NCBI RefSeq assembly: GCF_000015805.1
Contig: NC_009073.1
Coordinates: 810,001-842,000 of the forward strand
Length of the DNA stretch: 32,000 nucleotides
Direction: 5' to 3'
From: Pyrobaculum calidifontis JCM 11548
Lineage (GTDB): Archaea > Thermoproteota > Thermoprotei > Thermoproteales > Thermoproteaceae
Shown here: piece after piece, positions 23,597-32,000 of the stretch
Layout of the letters: each line of letters opens with the position of its first letter
How positions within the stretch are numbered: the stretch's first letter is position 1
The notes under the pieces: model-generated
What the model was told of the DNA's origin: nothing
Seen by the model: only the letters and a program-made list of their open reading frames with translations
The model's database searches: none
Position numbers and translations under genes: made by a program

Positions 23597-24478
23597 TTAT
23601 ACGAGCCACGCGGCGGCGATTAGGGGGGAGAGGAGGAGTATGGGGAGGGGCAACGCCGGGCCGTAGCCCCACCTTTTTAGGAATACCTCGACGGTGAGGC
23701 GGAGGCCTGCGTATATCGTCGCGACGCCTAGGGCCACCGCGGCCAGGGCCACGGCGCCTCCAAACGCCGCTAATCTCGCCGCTACGAAGCTCAGGGCCAT
23801 TGAGTAGACTACAAAGTCGCCAACTCCCAGCGAAAAGGCTTTCAGCCTCACCACGAAGCCGAAGAGCGGCGTGTCGCGGCCCTTGGGAGGAGCCGCCCCG
23901 CTACCGCTGGCGGCCTCCTCCTTCGCCTTTTTTATCAATTTGCCGAGGAGGCCACGGCTTACCATGAGGTAGTCGTACACCGGCAACGCCACTAGCAACG
24001 CCAGCACTGTGACGCTTGGCAGAATCCAGACGAACATTGAGCCGGCGAGCGCGCCGAGGAAGCCCAGGAAGAGGTCGCCCCTCCTTCTGCTCAAGAGAAA
24101 GACCACCAACACGCCGACTGCGGGGGAGAGCAATATGGCCCACGTGGCGGGCCCCGGGGGCAGGATCCCGTAGCTGTAGTAGAGCCAGGCGTAGAACTGC
24201 ACGACGCCCAACGCCAGTGTGAACCAGACGAAGTAGAGGAAGAGGCTTAGCAACCTCCTGCGGGTGAGGAGTAGGTATATAGCCGCAGTTGCCACCACTA
24301 GGAGTGTGAAAAACACGGCTAGGTTGTACAAAGTAGCGCCCGGGGTCTCCGCAGTGGCGTAGATCGCTGTGTCCATCTGCGGCTTTTCTACATAGGGTCT
24401 GACGTAGAGGGGGAGCGTCCCCAGCAACGCGGCCAAGGCAACGGCCAGCAACGCAAGGACAACCACGCACATGTCCAC
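23597..24478 (-). CDS. Presenilin / signal-peptide-peptidase homologue (A22 intramembrane aspartyl protease)
   Basis: Polytopic, with LPVYDYL (YD), LGVGDFVVYS (GxGD) and GPALPLP (PAL) motifs in the canonical order. Confidence 0.8.
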   Translation of the reverse strand: MDMCVVVLALLAVALAALLGTLPLYVRPYVEKPQMDTAIYATAETPGATLYNLAVFFTLLVVATAAIYLLLTRRRLLSLFLYFVWFTLALGVVQFYAWLYYSYGILPPGPATWAILLSPAVGVLVVFLLSRRRGDLFLGFLGALAGSMFVWILPSVTVLALLVALPVYDYLMVSRGLLGKLIKKAKEEAASGSGAAPPKGRDTPLFGFVVRLKAFSLGVGDFVVYSMALSFVAARLAAFGGAVALAAVALGVATIYAGLRLTVEVFLKRWGYGPALPLPILLLSPLIAAAWLV

Positions 24479-24542
24479 TGGCGTATATATAACCTTTCAC
24501 GTCGCTACGCAAAAATTTTTAAACGGTACACCTCGGCGCCTT

Positions 24543-24686
24543 ATGAAGGCGGTTGAAAGACTCGGGCGCTGGGCAAGAGAGCTTATGGAACTTGGCATCG
24601 ACGTAAGGCTCCCCCCACAGCTATTGATACCGAGGCTATACTTCCTCGCGCCCCGGCTAGCGGTAAAGCTCGCCGACGCGTCTTAA
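24543..24686 (+). CDS. Possible small ORF (47 aa)
   Basis: ATG at 24543 (MKAVERLGRWARELMELGIDV...) is preceded by AAAAATTTTTAAAC centred ~26 nt upstream. There is no homology evidence. Confidence 0.3.
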   Translation: MKAVERLGRWARELMELGIDVRLPPQLLIPRLYFLAPRLAVKLADAS

Positions 24687-24757
24687 ATACACCAGATTTA
24701 GTGTTGACAGTGATGAGAAACCCGGGTCTGTACTATGCAGAGGACATAGGCCGCTGA

Positions 24758-25720
24758 CTATTTTATCAACGCGGCGATGAACTTCACGGCGAGGCGGGGC
24801 CGCTTGGCGAGCGCCACAAACAGCGTCTTCGCCGACAGATTCTCCTCTATGTAGTCTCGCAGTACTCCGTCCTCGGCCAGCTCTAGCAGACCCTCGCCGC
24901 TCCGAATGAGCCGCTCGGCTAGAGAGAGGAGGCTCCTTTGGAACTCCACCTGTCTTACAATCTTCTTTACTCGCCTTTTGTACTCCTCCAGCGGCTTCTT
25001 TGTGGAGAGAGCCTCGGCCAGGGCCAGGGCTGAGAGTATCCCCGGCCTAATCCCCTCGCCGGTTAGGGGGTAGACGAGCCCCGCCGCTTCGCCGATTCTA
25101 AACCCCTCGCCGTCGTTCAGCACAATGTCTGGCTTAACTGTGAGGGGGGCGCCTCGCACGTCTAGTATCCGGCCTCCGCCTAGCCACTTCTCCACGAACT
25201 GCCTCACAAGGGGGACTGGGTTCTCTACGCCTAGGAACCCCCCACCCACGTTTAACACTCCTCCGTGGGGGAATACCCAGTAGAACCCCGTAGCCTCGCG
25301 TGGGAAGATGAAGTGGACGGTCTCCTCGTCTGCCTTGGCCCCCGCCACGTAGGCTCTCACAACGGTTATTTTGACGCCGCGGCTTTGGTAGGGGCCGCCG
25401 GCCTTCACTACCACGTCGCCTTTCTCTGCCTGCACCTCCCTTGGGCGTAGTGCCTCCACCCACCTCTCCTTGTCAACAATGTACCACCTGGGCTTTGCGT
25501 AGGCCACTTCTCCCACTTGGCTAGTCCAGTGGTAGAATCTGAAGACTTTGACCTTGTCTACCACGAAGCGGGGATCTACTAGGGGGGTCTCCACTGGCAC
25601 CGCCTCGCCGCACGCCTTAAAGTACCGCCTAGAGATGTCTACGCCGGAGGCGTCTTTATATGCTCTTAGAAAGGCCGAGCCTGCGGGGCCGAGACCTATG
25701 ACTGTGACTCGTGGCTTCAC
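24758..25720 (-). CDS. Geranylgeranyl-reductase-family FAD-dependent oxidoreductase (short form)
   Basis: N-terminal VTVIGLGPAGSAF dinucleotide fold and GEAAGLVYPLTGEGIRPG near the C-terminus (GGR-family GDAAG...GEGI motif). Confidence 0.75.
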   Translation of the reverse strand: MKPRVTVIGLGPAGSAFLRAYKDASGVDISRRYFKACGEAVPVETPLVDPRFVVDKVKVFRFYHWTSQVGEVAYAKPRWYIVDKERWVEALRPREVQAEKGDVVVKAGGPYQSRGVKITVVRAYVAGAKADEETVHFIFPREATGFYWVFPHGGVLNVGGGFLGVENPVPLVRQFVEKWLGGGRILDVRGAPLTVKPDIVLNDGEGFRIGEAAGLVYPLTGEGIRPGILSALALAEALSTKKPLEEYKRRVKKIVRQVEFQRSLLSLAERLIRSGEGLLELAEDGVLRDYIEENLSAKTLFVALAKRPRLAVKFIAALIK

Positions 25721-25747
25721 GTCGGGGAGGGGATTTGCTAATATAAG

Positions 25748-26173
25748 CTATGCGGACATCCCAGGCTCGAAGGTCCATTCTTGGAAGGCAACAGCCTCTC
25801 TCAGCGCCGCGTCCTCTCGGATTAGGTCGCGTATGGAGAGTACGCCGTAGAGTTTCCCGCCTTGCGTCACCACTATGTGGCGTATGCCGTGTTTACGAAA
25901 CGCCTCTGCCGCCTCTGCCAAACTCCTGTCGTACTCAAGGGTTATAACTCTCTTGGTGGCAATTATGTCGCAGGGCTGGTCTAAGTCTATGCCGTAGGCC
26001 ACTGCTCTAACTACGTCGCGCTCAGAAACCACGCCGACGACCCTCTGGGGGTCCCTTGGGTCTACTAGGACCACTAGGCCTACGTTGTTTTCCGCCATTA
26101 GCTTTGCCACGTCTCGTATTGAAGTGGAGGGCGTCGCCTTTACCACCTCCTTTTTTGCAAATTGGCCAATCAT
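25748..26173 (-). CDS. CBS domain pair protein
   Basis: Two CBS repeats (SIRDVAKLMAENNVGLVVLVD...VVGVVSERDVV; EAAEAFRKHGIRHIVVTQGGKLYGVLSIRDL). The internal ATG at 26173 is supported by an A/T box at 26191-26200. The track N-terminal extension is non-homologous. Confidence 0.85.
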   Translation of the reverse strand: MIGQFAKKEVVKATPSTSIRDVAKLMAENNVGLVVLVDPRDPQRVVGVVSERDVVRAVAYGIDLDQPCDIIATKRVITLEYDRSLAEAAEAFRKHGIRHIVVTQGGKLYGVLSIRDLIREDAALREAVAFQEWTFEPGMSA

Positions 26174-26190
26174 AATGAAATACGGGGAGT

Positions 26191-26200
26191 AAAAATATAT
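26191..26200. promoter_or_regulatory. Shared A/T box (AAAAATATAT) between divergent starts 26173 (-) and 26219 (+)
   Basis: The box centre lies ~23 nt from each start codon, and the two starts are only 45 nt apart. Confidence 0.4.
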
Positions 26201-26218
26201 TGAACGCGTATATGTGCC

Positions 26219-26614
26219 ATGGACAAGGTCAGGAGCCACGAGTTGACTCACTTGGCGGAGTTGATGAAGCTCAAGGCATCTGTCGAATCGGAGTACCTGA
26301 GGGAGTTTATAGACGGGCTAATTCGGGAGACGTACCTCCGCGTTAAGTTGCTTGACGCCCTGTCGCTCCCCGAGATGGCGCTCGAGGCCGCGGAGAAGAG
26401 GCCTCTCGACGAGGTAATCAAGGCGCTCGAGGTCATGTGTACGCATTACGAGGAGCACTTGGCCGAGGTTAAGAAACTGAGGGAGGCCGCTAAGACGCCT
26501 CTCGAGCTCGAGGTGGTGGCCGCCTTGGAGAAGTCGATAGAGAGGTCCCACATAACGGTGAGAATGCTGATAAACGCGCTGACAGAGACCGCCAAGGCGT
26601 CCCAAGCCACATAA
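26219..26614 (+). CDS. Hypothetical all-helical protein (131 aa)
   Basis: Protein-like Glu/Leu/Lys-rich helical composition, with a promoter box upstream. I recognise no family. Confidence 0.55.
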   Translation: MDKVRSHELTHLAELMKLKASVESEYLREFIDGLIRETYLRVKLLDALSLPEMALEAAEKRPLDEVIKALEVMCTHYEEHLAEVKKLREAAKTPLELEVVAALEKSIERSHITVRMLINALTETAKASQAT

Positions 26615-26733
26615 CCGCGCGAAAACACGACGCTGAGTGAGGCGGGGGAGGGGCGTGGCCCAGTCCTACGGCAGATGGGGCTCTTGCAGGTGTAGTCTAG
26701 CGAATGTTGTGTGAGCGTAGACAAGATAGGGCT

Positions 26734-26747
26734 GGGGGGGGGGGGGG
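26734..26747. repeat. Homopolymer tract G14 (C14 on the minus strand)
   Basis: Counted directly in ...agggctGGGGGGGGGGGGGGcgtctatgg... It begins 4 nt beyond the cren7 stop codon on the minus strand. Confidence 0.9.
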
Positions 26748-26750
26748 CGT

Positions 26751-26942
26751 CTATGGCGGTAGTCTTGCGATTACTTTTCTTACGGTCTTTCCGTTGGGGA
26801 GCTTGAATAGGGCTACTATGACGCCGGGTTTTCCGGGGGGTTGTAGAACCCAGGCCTTGGCTGGCTTGAGCAAGAATCGCTTCCCCTCGTAGACCACCTC
26901 GTATTCTTTGTTGAGTATTTCCTCTGCCACGTCTTGGTCCAC
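26751..26942 (-). CDS. cren7: Chromatin protein Cren7
   Basis: [30 protein letters not shown] aligns with the Sulfolobus Cren7 core [31 protein letters not shown]. It is 63 aa and basic. Confidence 0.85.
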   Translation of the reverse strand: MDQDVAEEILNKEYEVVYEGKRFLLKPAKAWVLQPPGKPGVIVALFKLPNGKTVRKVIARLPP

Positions 26943-26978
26943 GTCTGTGGATATATGTTTTTCTGATGGTTTTGCGGT

Positions 26979-28085
26979 TTAGACCAGCGAGCCGCTTATC
27001 GGCCTGTCTCTGCGTATTATGCCGGCTCTCAGGACGTGGTCTGCCAGCACCACGGCGGTTATGGCCTCCAGCGCCACTAGGGCCTTTGGCACAATGGTGA
27101 CGTCGTATCTGCCTTTGAACTCCAGCGTGGTGGGCTCCATTTTGCCCAAGTCGACGGTCTGCTGCGGCTTGCGCACGGAGGGGGTCGGCTTAAACCACGC
27201 CCTGAAGTACAGCGGAGCGCCCACAGTTATGCCGCCCAGAAGGCCCCCGGCTCTGTTGGTGGCCAGCGCCGGTCTCCCGTTGACGACGGTGATGGGGTCG
27301 TTGGCCTCTGAGCCAAACATCTTGGCCAAGGCCCTCCCGGCGCCCCACTCAAACGCCACTACGCCGGGTATGGAGAATGCGGCCTTGGCCAAGTCGGCCT
27401 TTATTTTGCCGAAGTGGGGCTCGCCGAGCCCCGGCGGAACTCCCAAGGCCCACACCTCTACCCCGCCTCCTATGCTGTCTCCCCTCAGCACAGCCTCCCT
27501 GATCTTCTCGACCATCTTCTCCAGGGCCGCGTCGTCTACCACGGGGAGGGGCTTCTCCCAGCTCTTCCTCACGTCGTCCACGGTGTACGTGGCCGATATC
27601 TCCACACCGCCGAGCTCCACCACGTGGCCCAGCACCTCGACCCCCACGTGTCTAAGCACGGCCTTTGCCACCGCCCCCGCGGCCACTATGGCCGCCGTGG
27701 TGCGCCCAGAGGCCCTCCCCCCGCCTCTGTGGTCGTAGTTGATGCCGTATTTGAGGTAGTATGCCAAGTCCGCGTGGCCTGGCCTGGGCTTGAGCCAAAG
27801 CTCCTCGTAGTAGCTGGAGATGACCTTCCTGTTCCAAATGACTATGGCTATGGGAGTCCCCTGGGTGCGCCCCTCTTTGACTCCCGAGAGTATTTCAAAC
27901 TCCTCTGGCTCACACCTCGGGTTTAGGACAGGGATGTGGCAAAACATGCGCCTCTCAAGCTCCCGCTTCACGTCTTCCTCGGACAAGGGCAGGCCGGCGG
28001 GGACTCCGTCGACTACTACGCCTACTGCTTTGCCGTGGCTTTCGCCGAAGGTGGTTATCCGGAACTCCCGGCCGAAGGTGTTCAT
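26979..28085 (-). CDS. aroC: Chorismate synthase
   Basis: [31 protein letters not shown] is the canonical AroC N-terminus. The ATG at 28085 overlaps the aroE stop (ATGA). The track extension to 28148 is spurious. Confidence 0.9.
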
Positions 28086-28870
28086 AGCCCGAGGAACTGC
28101 GCCACGGCCCTCCTCATGACCTCTCTGTCGGGCTCTACCCCCAGCCATATCCTCTCGGCGAGGGCGCCCTGCTCCACTAAGAGGCTTACTCCGTCCACCA
28201 CCTTGACCCCCCTCTTCTCCGCCTCTTGGACCATCCTAGTGCGGGGGGTTGGGGTGTAGACGAACTCCACGTAGAGGGCGGCCTTGCTCAAGTCGGCGAG
28301 TATTTGGTCGTGTATGGGGGTCGCGTTTATTACCACGTCGGCAGGCGGAGCCTCGCCCCATCTAACTGCTGTCACTTCGCGACTGAATTTTTCCCCAAAC
28401 TCCTTGGCCAGAGCCTCAGCCCTCTCCGCCGTCCTGTTCATTATATAGATCCTCCGCGCCTCGGCCTTGACTGCGGCGAAGGCGGCTGCCCTAGCCGCGC
28501 CGCCTGCGCCTATTATTAACACGTCGGCTCCCTTTATATAGTCCCCGGCGAGGTTATATACAGCTAGGGCGTCTGTGTTGTAGCCCACCAAGAGGTTCCT
28601 CTCCACGAGCACTGTGTTTACGGCTCCTACGGCCCTCGCCTCCGCCGCCAAGGCGTCTAAGTACTTCACTATCTCCTCCTTGTGTGGTATTGTGACGTTG
28701 AACCCGCGGAAGTTTAGGCGGGCGAGTTGGGCAAAGCAGCCGAGCTCTTCCCTTGGCACGTCCAGCGCCACGTACACGGCGTCGATGCCGAGCGCCTTGA
28801 AAGAGGCCGTGTGCATGGCTGGGCTGGCCGACTTTCCCCTAATTCCCTTCCCAATTACGGCGAAGTACAC
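28082..28870 (-). CDS. aroE: Shikimate dehydrogenase
   Basis: [35 protein letters not shown] and GAGGAARA are the AroE motifs. GTG start. Confidence 0.9.
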
Positions 28871-28922
28871 AGAGAAGAAAACTATTTAAAAAGATAAGTG
28901 GTAGCCTCCATGCGTCCCCCAA

Positions 28923-29645
28923 GTGGTTGGGGTAATAGGCGCTGGTAAGCTCGGTAGCCAAATAGCCATCAGACTCTCGGGCAACGGGGTTAGAGTTGTG
29001 GCATCGGTGAAGAGCGAGAGGTCGTATCAGCGCCTGTCCGCCCTCGGCCTCGAGGTGTACCGAGACAACAAAGTGGTCGTGGAGCTGAGCGACGTGTTAA
29101 TACTCGCGGTGAAGCCGGCTAATTTGCCCGAGCTGGACTTCTACACGGAGAAGCCGCTCATCTCCTTCGTGGCTGGCGCAACCTCTGAGGCGCTTCGCAG
29201 ACTGTCGGCTAGGCCCTACCGCGCGATGACGAACATTGGCCTAACCACCATAGCGGTGGCCGGCCCCTACGACAAGGCTGTGGAAGAGCTTCTCTCTAGA
29301 ATTGCCCCGACGATTTGGGTCGAGGAGAGGCTTATAGACCCGTTGACCATCCTCCTGGGGAGCGGGCCCGCCATAGTTGCCGAGTTGGCCATGGCGTTGG
29401 TCCGCGCCTCTGTCAACATTGGAATACCTTGGGACGTGGCTAGGGAGATCACCCTCTCTCTAATGACCGCTCTCCCATACCTAGACGACAAGTTCGGCCT
29501 TGAGAAAGTGGCCCAGTACGTGGCCACGCCCGGCGGCACGACGATAAAGGCCCTCCTCGAGCTAGCCCCGGCGGAGGCGGCTATAGCAAGCGCCTTTGAG
29601 AAGGCGTACGAGCGCGTGTTAAAATTACGCCAACAGACCTCCTAG
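28923..29645 (+). CDS. proC: Pyrroline-5-carboxylate reductase-like NADP oxidoreductase
   Basis: N-terminal VGVIGAGKLGSQIA Rossmann fold, LILAVKP, and C-terminal ATPGGTTIKALLEL (P5CR sPgGtT motif). At 240 aa it is somewhat short. Confidence 0.7.
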   Translation: MVGVIGAGKLGSQIAIRLSGNGVRVVASVKSERSYQRLSALGLEVYRDNKVVVELSDVLILAVKPANLPELDFYTEKPLISFVAGATSEALRRLSARPYRAMTNIGLTTIAVAGPYDKAVEELLSRIAPTIWVEERLIDPLTILLGSGPAIVAELAMALVRASVNIGIPWDVAREITLSLMTALPYLDDKFGLEKVAQYVATPGGTTIKALLELAPAEAAIASAFEKAYERVLKLRQQTS

Positions 29646-30637
29646 CCGCCTATTTTGACCACCCGCCTGCCTATGTGGGAGGCCTTGGGCGTCTCCTCAA
29701 GCAACTTGGGCAACTCGGAGAAGTGGTACAGTGTATACACAGGCTTGACTGCGCCGGAGGCCAACATCTGGAGCGCCGCCTCGAGGTCTCGTTTGCTCCC
29801 CTGGAGAACTGGCAGAATTTCCACCTGTTTCAAGATCAAGAGGCCTAGGGGCAGAGATGCCGGCTTGGGGTCCACGTTCCCCACGAGGGCCACTTTGCCG
29901 CCCCAGTTCAGCGACCTAACCGTCTGCTCCAGCGTGGGCCCTCCGACGTTTTCAATGGCCGCATCCGCGCCCCCGAGCTTCTTTACCTCTTCGGAGAACG
30001 TAGCCGTGGTAACCACGTGGTCTGCGAATTTAGACACTGCCTCGGCCTTGGCGGGGCTAGTCACAGCCACCACCTTTGCCCCATAGGCCTTGGCCACTTG
30101 CACCGCGTGTATCCCCACGCCGCCCCCTGCGCCGGTCACAACTACCACCTTACCAGGCCCCACCTCTGCCACTCTGGCCGCTCTAACCAAGGTGGAGAGG
30201 ACGCAAGCCGCGTAAGACGCGGCCTCGAAGGAAACGCCTGGCGGTATTTTTACAAGGGCCTTGTAATCCACTGACACATACTCGGCGAAGACTCCGGGGA
30301 TCTCCTCCCCCAGGACTTTCCTATTCCTACACAGATACTCTCTGCCAGATCTGCAGTGCTCGCACTCTCCGCAGAACTCGTACATCATGCCAGCCACCGC
30401 GTCGCCCACCTTTAAGCCCTCTACGCCCTCGCCCACCTCTTCCACTACTCCCGCGAACTCGTGCCCGGGCACTATTGGCAGTTTGACCCGCTGAAACCCC
30501 TTATAAGCCAGGTAGTCCCTATAACACACGCCGGCGGCCACAACTCTCACCACCACGCGGCCGCGCGTCGCCCGCGGCTTTTCCACTTCCTCAAGAGAAG
30601 GCTGTTCGCCGAAGGCCCGTAAGACAAAGGCCTTCAT
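29642..30637 (-). CDS. Zinc-dependent alcohol dehydrogenase (MDR superfamily)
   Basis: GVCYRD...PGHEFAGVVEEVG is the catalytic Zn site. CGECEHCRSGREYLC is the structural Zn site. GAGGGVG is the NAD(P) fold. Confidence 0.85.
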   Translation of the reverse strand: MKAFVLRAFGEQPSLEEVEKPRATRGRVVVRVVAAGVCYRDYLAYKGFQRVKLPIVPGHEFAGVVEEVGEGVEGLKVGDAVAGMMYEFCGECEHCRSGREYLCRNRKVLGEEIPGVFAEYVSVDYKALVKIPPGVSFEAASYAACVLSTLVRAARVAEVGPGKVVVVTGAGGGVGIHAVQVAKAYGAKVVAVTSPAKAEAVSKFADHVVTTATFSEEVKKLGGADAAIENVGGPTLEQTVRSLNWGGKVALVGNVDPKPASLPLGLLILKQVEILPVLQGSKRDLEAALQMLASGAVKPVYTLYHFSELPKLLEETPKASHIGRRVVKIGG

Positions 30638-30678
30638 ATAGGCGGTGCGAATCCCAAGTTATAACTGTTCTCTCCCCC

Positions 30679-31791
30679 TTACTCCGCCTCAACTGCCCTT
30701 ACGCCGATGCCCAAAAGCCTCCTCATCACTCTGTCTATTAGCCTTATGTAGGCGCCCCTCTGCCCTATAAAGGCGCCGAACTCGCTCCTCTTTACTTGCA
30801 CGAGCAGCTCGGGGCCTGCGAAGTCTGCATCGACGATGTGCTTCTGAATCCAGCCGATGGGATGGAGCGCCCTAATCCACTGTTTAAAGTCCAGGGTCAT
30901 TTCCAACACCCTCAGCCGCGCCCCCGCCTCCCCCTCAATGGTCTTAATCCGCTCTCCGCCCTTGCCCACCACTCTGCCCAGTTGCCCCTCTTTGACGACT
31001 AGGAGGGCGTCTGGCACATTTTCACTCTTTATCCCCAGCGCGTCTTTATCTGCGCGAAACTCCACGGCGGTTATTATGTCGGCATCTGGCGCAAAGATGC
31101 GCGCAGTCTCGTATATGTAACGCTCGGCGTCTGAAAGCGTCCTCTTGCGCATCCTCAGCTCGAGCGCAAGCCTAATCCCCCGCCTCGCGCCGGGCCTCAC
31201 GATGTCCTTCACGCCGAGGTCCACCACCTCGGCCTTCTCCTCCCCCAGCAACGCCTCTCTGAGAAGAGTTGCCCCATCTCTCTCGACGCCCACGGGCTTT
31301 TGGAAAATGGGGTCGCCGGCCACAATGAGGCGGCTGCCTCTCCCAAGCCTTATCAAGATCTCCGCGGCGCTCTCCGGCTGCACGTTTTGCGCGTCGTCGA
31401 GGAAGATTACGCTGTCGTCGAAGGTCCTGCCGCGCAGGTACGACACGTCTGTGACAACCACCTTCTCCTCCTTTATGAGCTTCTCCACATAGGCGCTGTC
31501 TGCGTAGGGGCCCAGGATGTCCCCCAAGTACGCCGAGGCTATTCTGTAGTACATGTCTCCGAGACGCTCCGGCGTCAGAGTCTCCCCCGTCGACACGTCC
31601 ACGATTGGACGCGCGATGATAAACCGCTTAGCCTTCCCATTCTCCACAGCCCAAATGCCGTAGGCAATGCTCAAAAGCGACTTGCCAGTCCCAGTGGGCC
31701 CAAAGAGACCCACAAGCTCGTTCTCAGGGTCCCTTAGCACATTTACAGCACGCTCCTGCCCCACAGTCATCGGCTTAAGCTTGTCAAGCAT
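30679..31791 (-). CDS. PhoH-like ATPase fused to a C-terminal KH domain
   Basis: Walker A GPTGTGKS; Walker B IFLDDAQN; KH motif VVGKGGERIKTIE. The ATG at 31791 (MLDKLKPM...) is supported by a TTTTTAAA box at 31811-31819. The track TTG start at 31863 is unlikely. Confidence 0.85.
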   Translation of the reverse strand: MLDKLKPMTVGQERAVNVLRDPENELVGLFGPTGTGKSLLSIAYGIWAVENGKAKRFIIARPIVDVSTGETLTPERLGDMYYRIASAYLGDILGPYADSAYVEKLIKEEKVVVTDVSYLRGRTFDDSVIFLDDAQNVQPESAAEILIRLGRGSRLIVAGDPIFQKPVGVERDGATLLREALLGEEKAEVVDLGVKDIVRPGARRGIRLALELRMRKRTLSDAERYIYETARIFAPDADIITAVEFRADKDALGIKSENVPDALLVVKEGQLGRVVGKGGERIKTIEGEAGARLRVLEMTLDFKQWIRALHPIGWIQKHIVDADFAGPELLVQVKRSEFGAFIGQRGAYIRLIDRVMRRLLGIGVRAVEAE

Positions 31792-31893
31792 GACCGACCG
31801 AGGGCACAAGTTTAAAAACGTTAACAACTCAACGCCACAGCGCGCAAGCGGCGGCTTAGTCAAAGTTTTAAATTGACCGGCTCGGTGACGCTC

Positions 31894-32000
31894 ATGGAGA
31901 GGCCAGCAGTAGCCGTGGCCGCGGCCGTGGTCAAAGATGGGAAGGTCCTTCTCATCAAGCGTAAGTACCCACCGTCGGCGGGCAAGTGGTCTCTCCCAGG
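31894..32000 (+). CDS. Nudix hydrolase, N-terminal fragment (continues past window end)
   Basis: MERPAVAVAAAVVKDGKVLLIKRKYPPSAGKWSLPG is a typical Nudix N-terminus up to the G-x-W-x-x-PGG entry of the Nudix box. An A/T box at 31866-31874 lies ~24 nt upstream. Confidence 0.6.
   Translation, partial: MERPAVAVAAAVVKDGKVLLIKRKYPPSAGKWSLP

Noticed and set aside
23901-24512. 203-aa minus-strand ORF overlapping the presenilin-like gene in another frame
   Set aside because: It is an Arg/Gly/Pro-rich alternative frame of a G+C-rich membrane gene. The YD/GxGD/PAL frame is clearly the real one.
27019-27926. Long + strand ORFs (239 and 170 aa) antisense to aroC
   Set aside because: These are typical shadow ORFs of a G+C-rich gene, with Ser/Pro/Ala/Thr-rich unprotein-like sequence. 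The minus-strand frame has unmistakable chorismate synthase motifs.
28884-28894. TATTTAAAAAG as a shared promoter box for divergent aroE and proC
   Set aside because: The spacing is off for both genes, at about 19 nt from the aroE GTG and about 34 nt from the proC GTG. It may still serve one of them, but I cannot support a feature call.
1-32000. CRISPR arrays, rRNA genes, IS elements, transposases, integrases
   Set aside because: I saw no regularly spaced direct repeats, no rRNA-like sequence, and no DDE/tyrosine-recombinase motifs or terminal inverted repeats on either strand.

Overview
This is a gene-dense, G+C-rich archaeal chromosomal window. I infer a Thermoproteales-type crenarchaeon (Pyrobaculum/Thermoproteus-like) from four signs. 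It has a Cren7 chromatin gene and a tRNA with three introns at canonical and non-canonical positions. A/T boxes sit about 20-28 nt upstream of many start codons, the leaderless style. ATGA start/stop overlaps are frequent. Housekeeping genes I recognise are aroC-aroE, proC-like, Taw1/TYW1, a GatA-like amidase, translin, cstA, a PhoH/KH ATPase, a presenilin-type protease, a GGR-family flavoprotein, a CBS protein, a Zn-ADH and an MBL hydrolase. The more accessory left third holds an SQR-like flavoprotein with a DUF1641-like partner, a strongly AT-rich islet carrying a wHTH/Cys-cluster gene, and a YeiH-type exporter. It also holds two radical-SAM enzymes flanking two convergent HEPN-MNT modules (one HEPN frameshifted) and two gene-decay zones. 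The best candidate for an undescribed system is a translationally coupled five-gene unit at 12285-15195, directly after cstA. Two paralogous small proteins with a YYSLRL-PY motif bracket a pair of cysteine-free ArsA/Get3-like ATPases, the second degenerate at its catalytic switch motifs, and an unknown 143-aa protein follows. No arsenic-resistance or Get-receptor genes are present. I found no CRISPR array, rRNA, transposase or integrase. All family calls rest on motif recognition by eye, with no searches run. Coordinates of features outside the ORF track were counted by hand and may be off by 1-2 nt.
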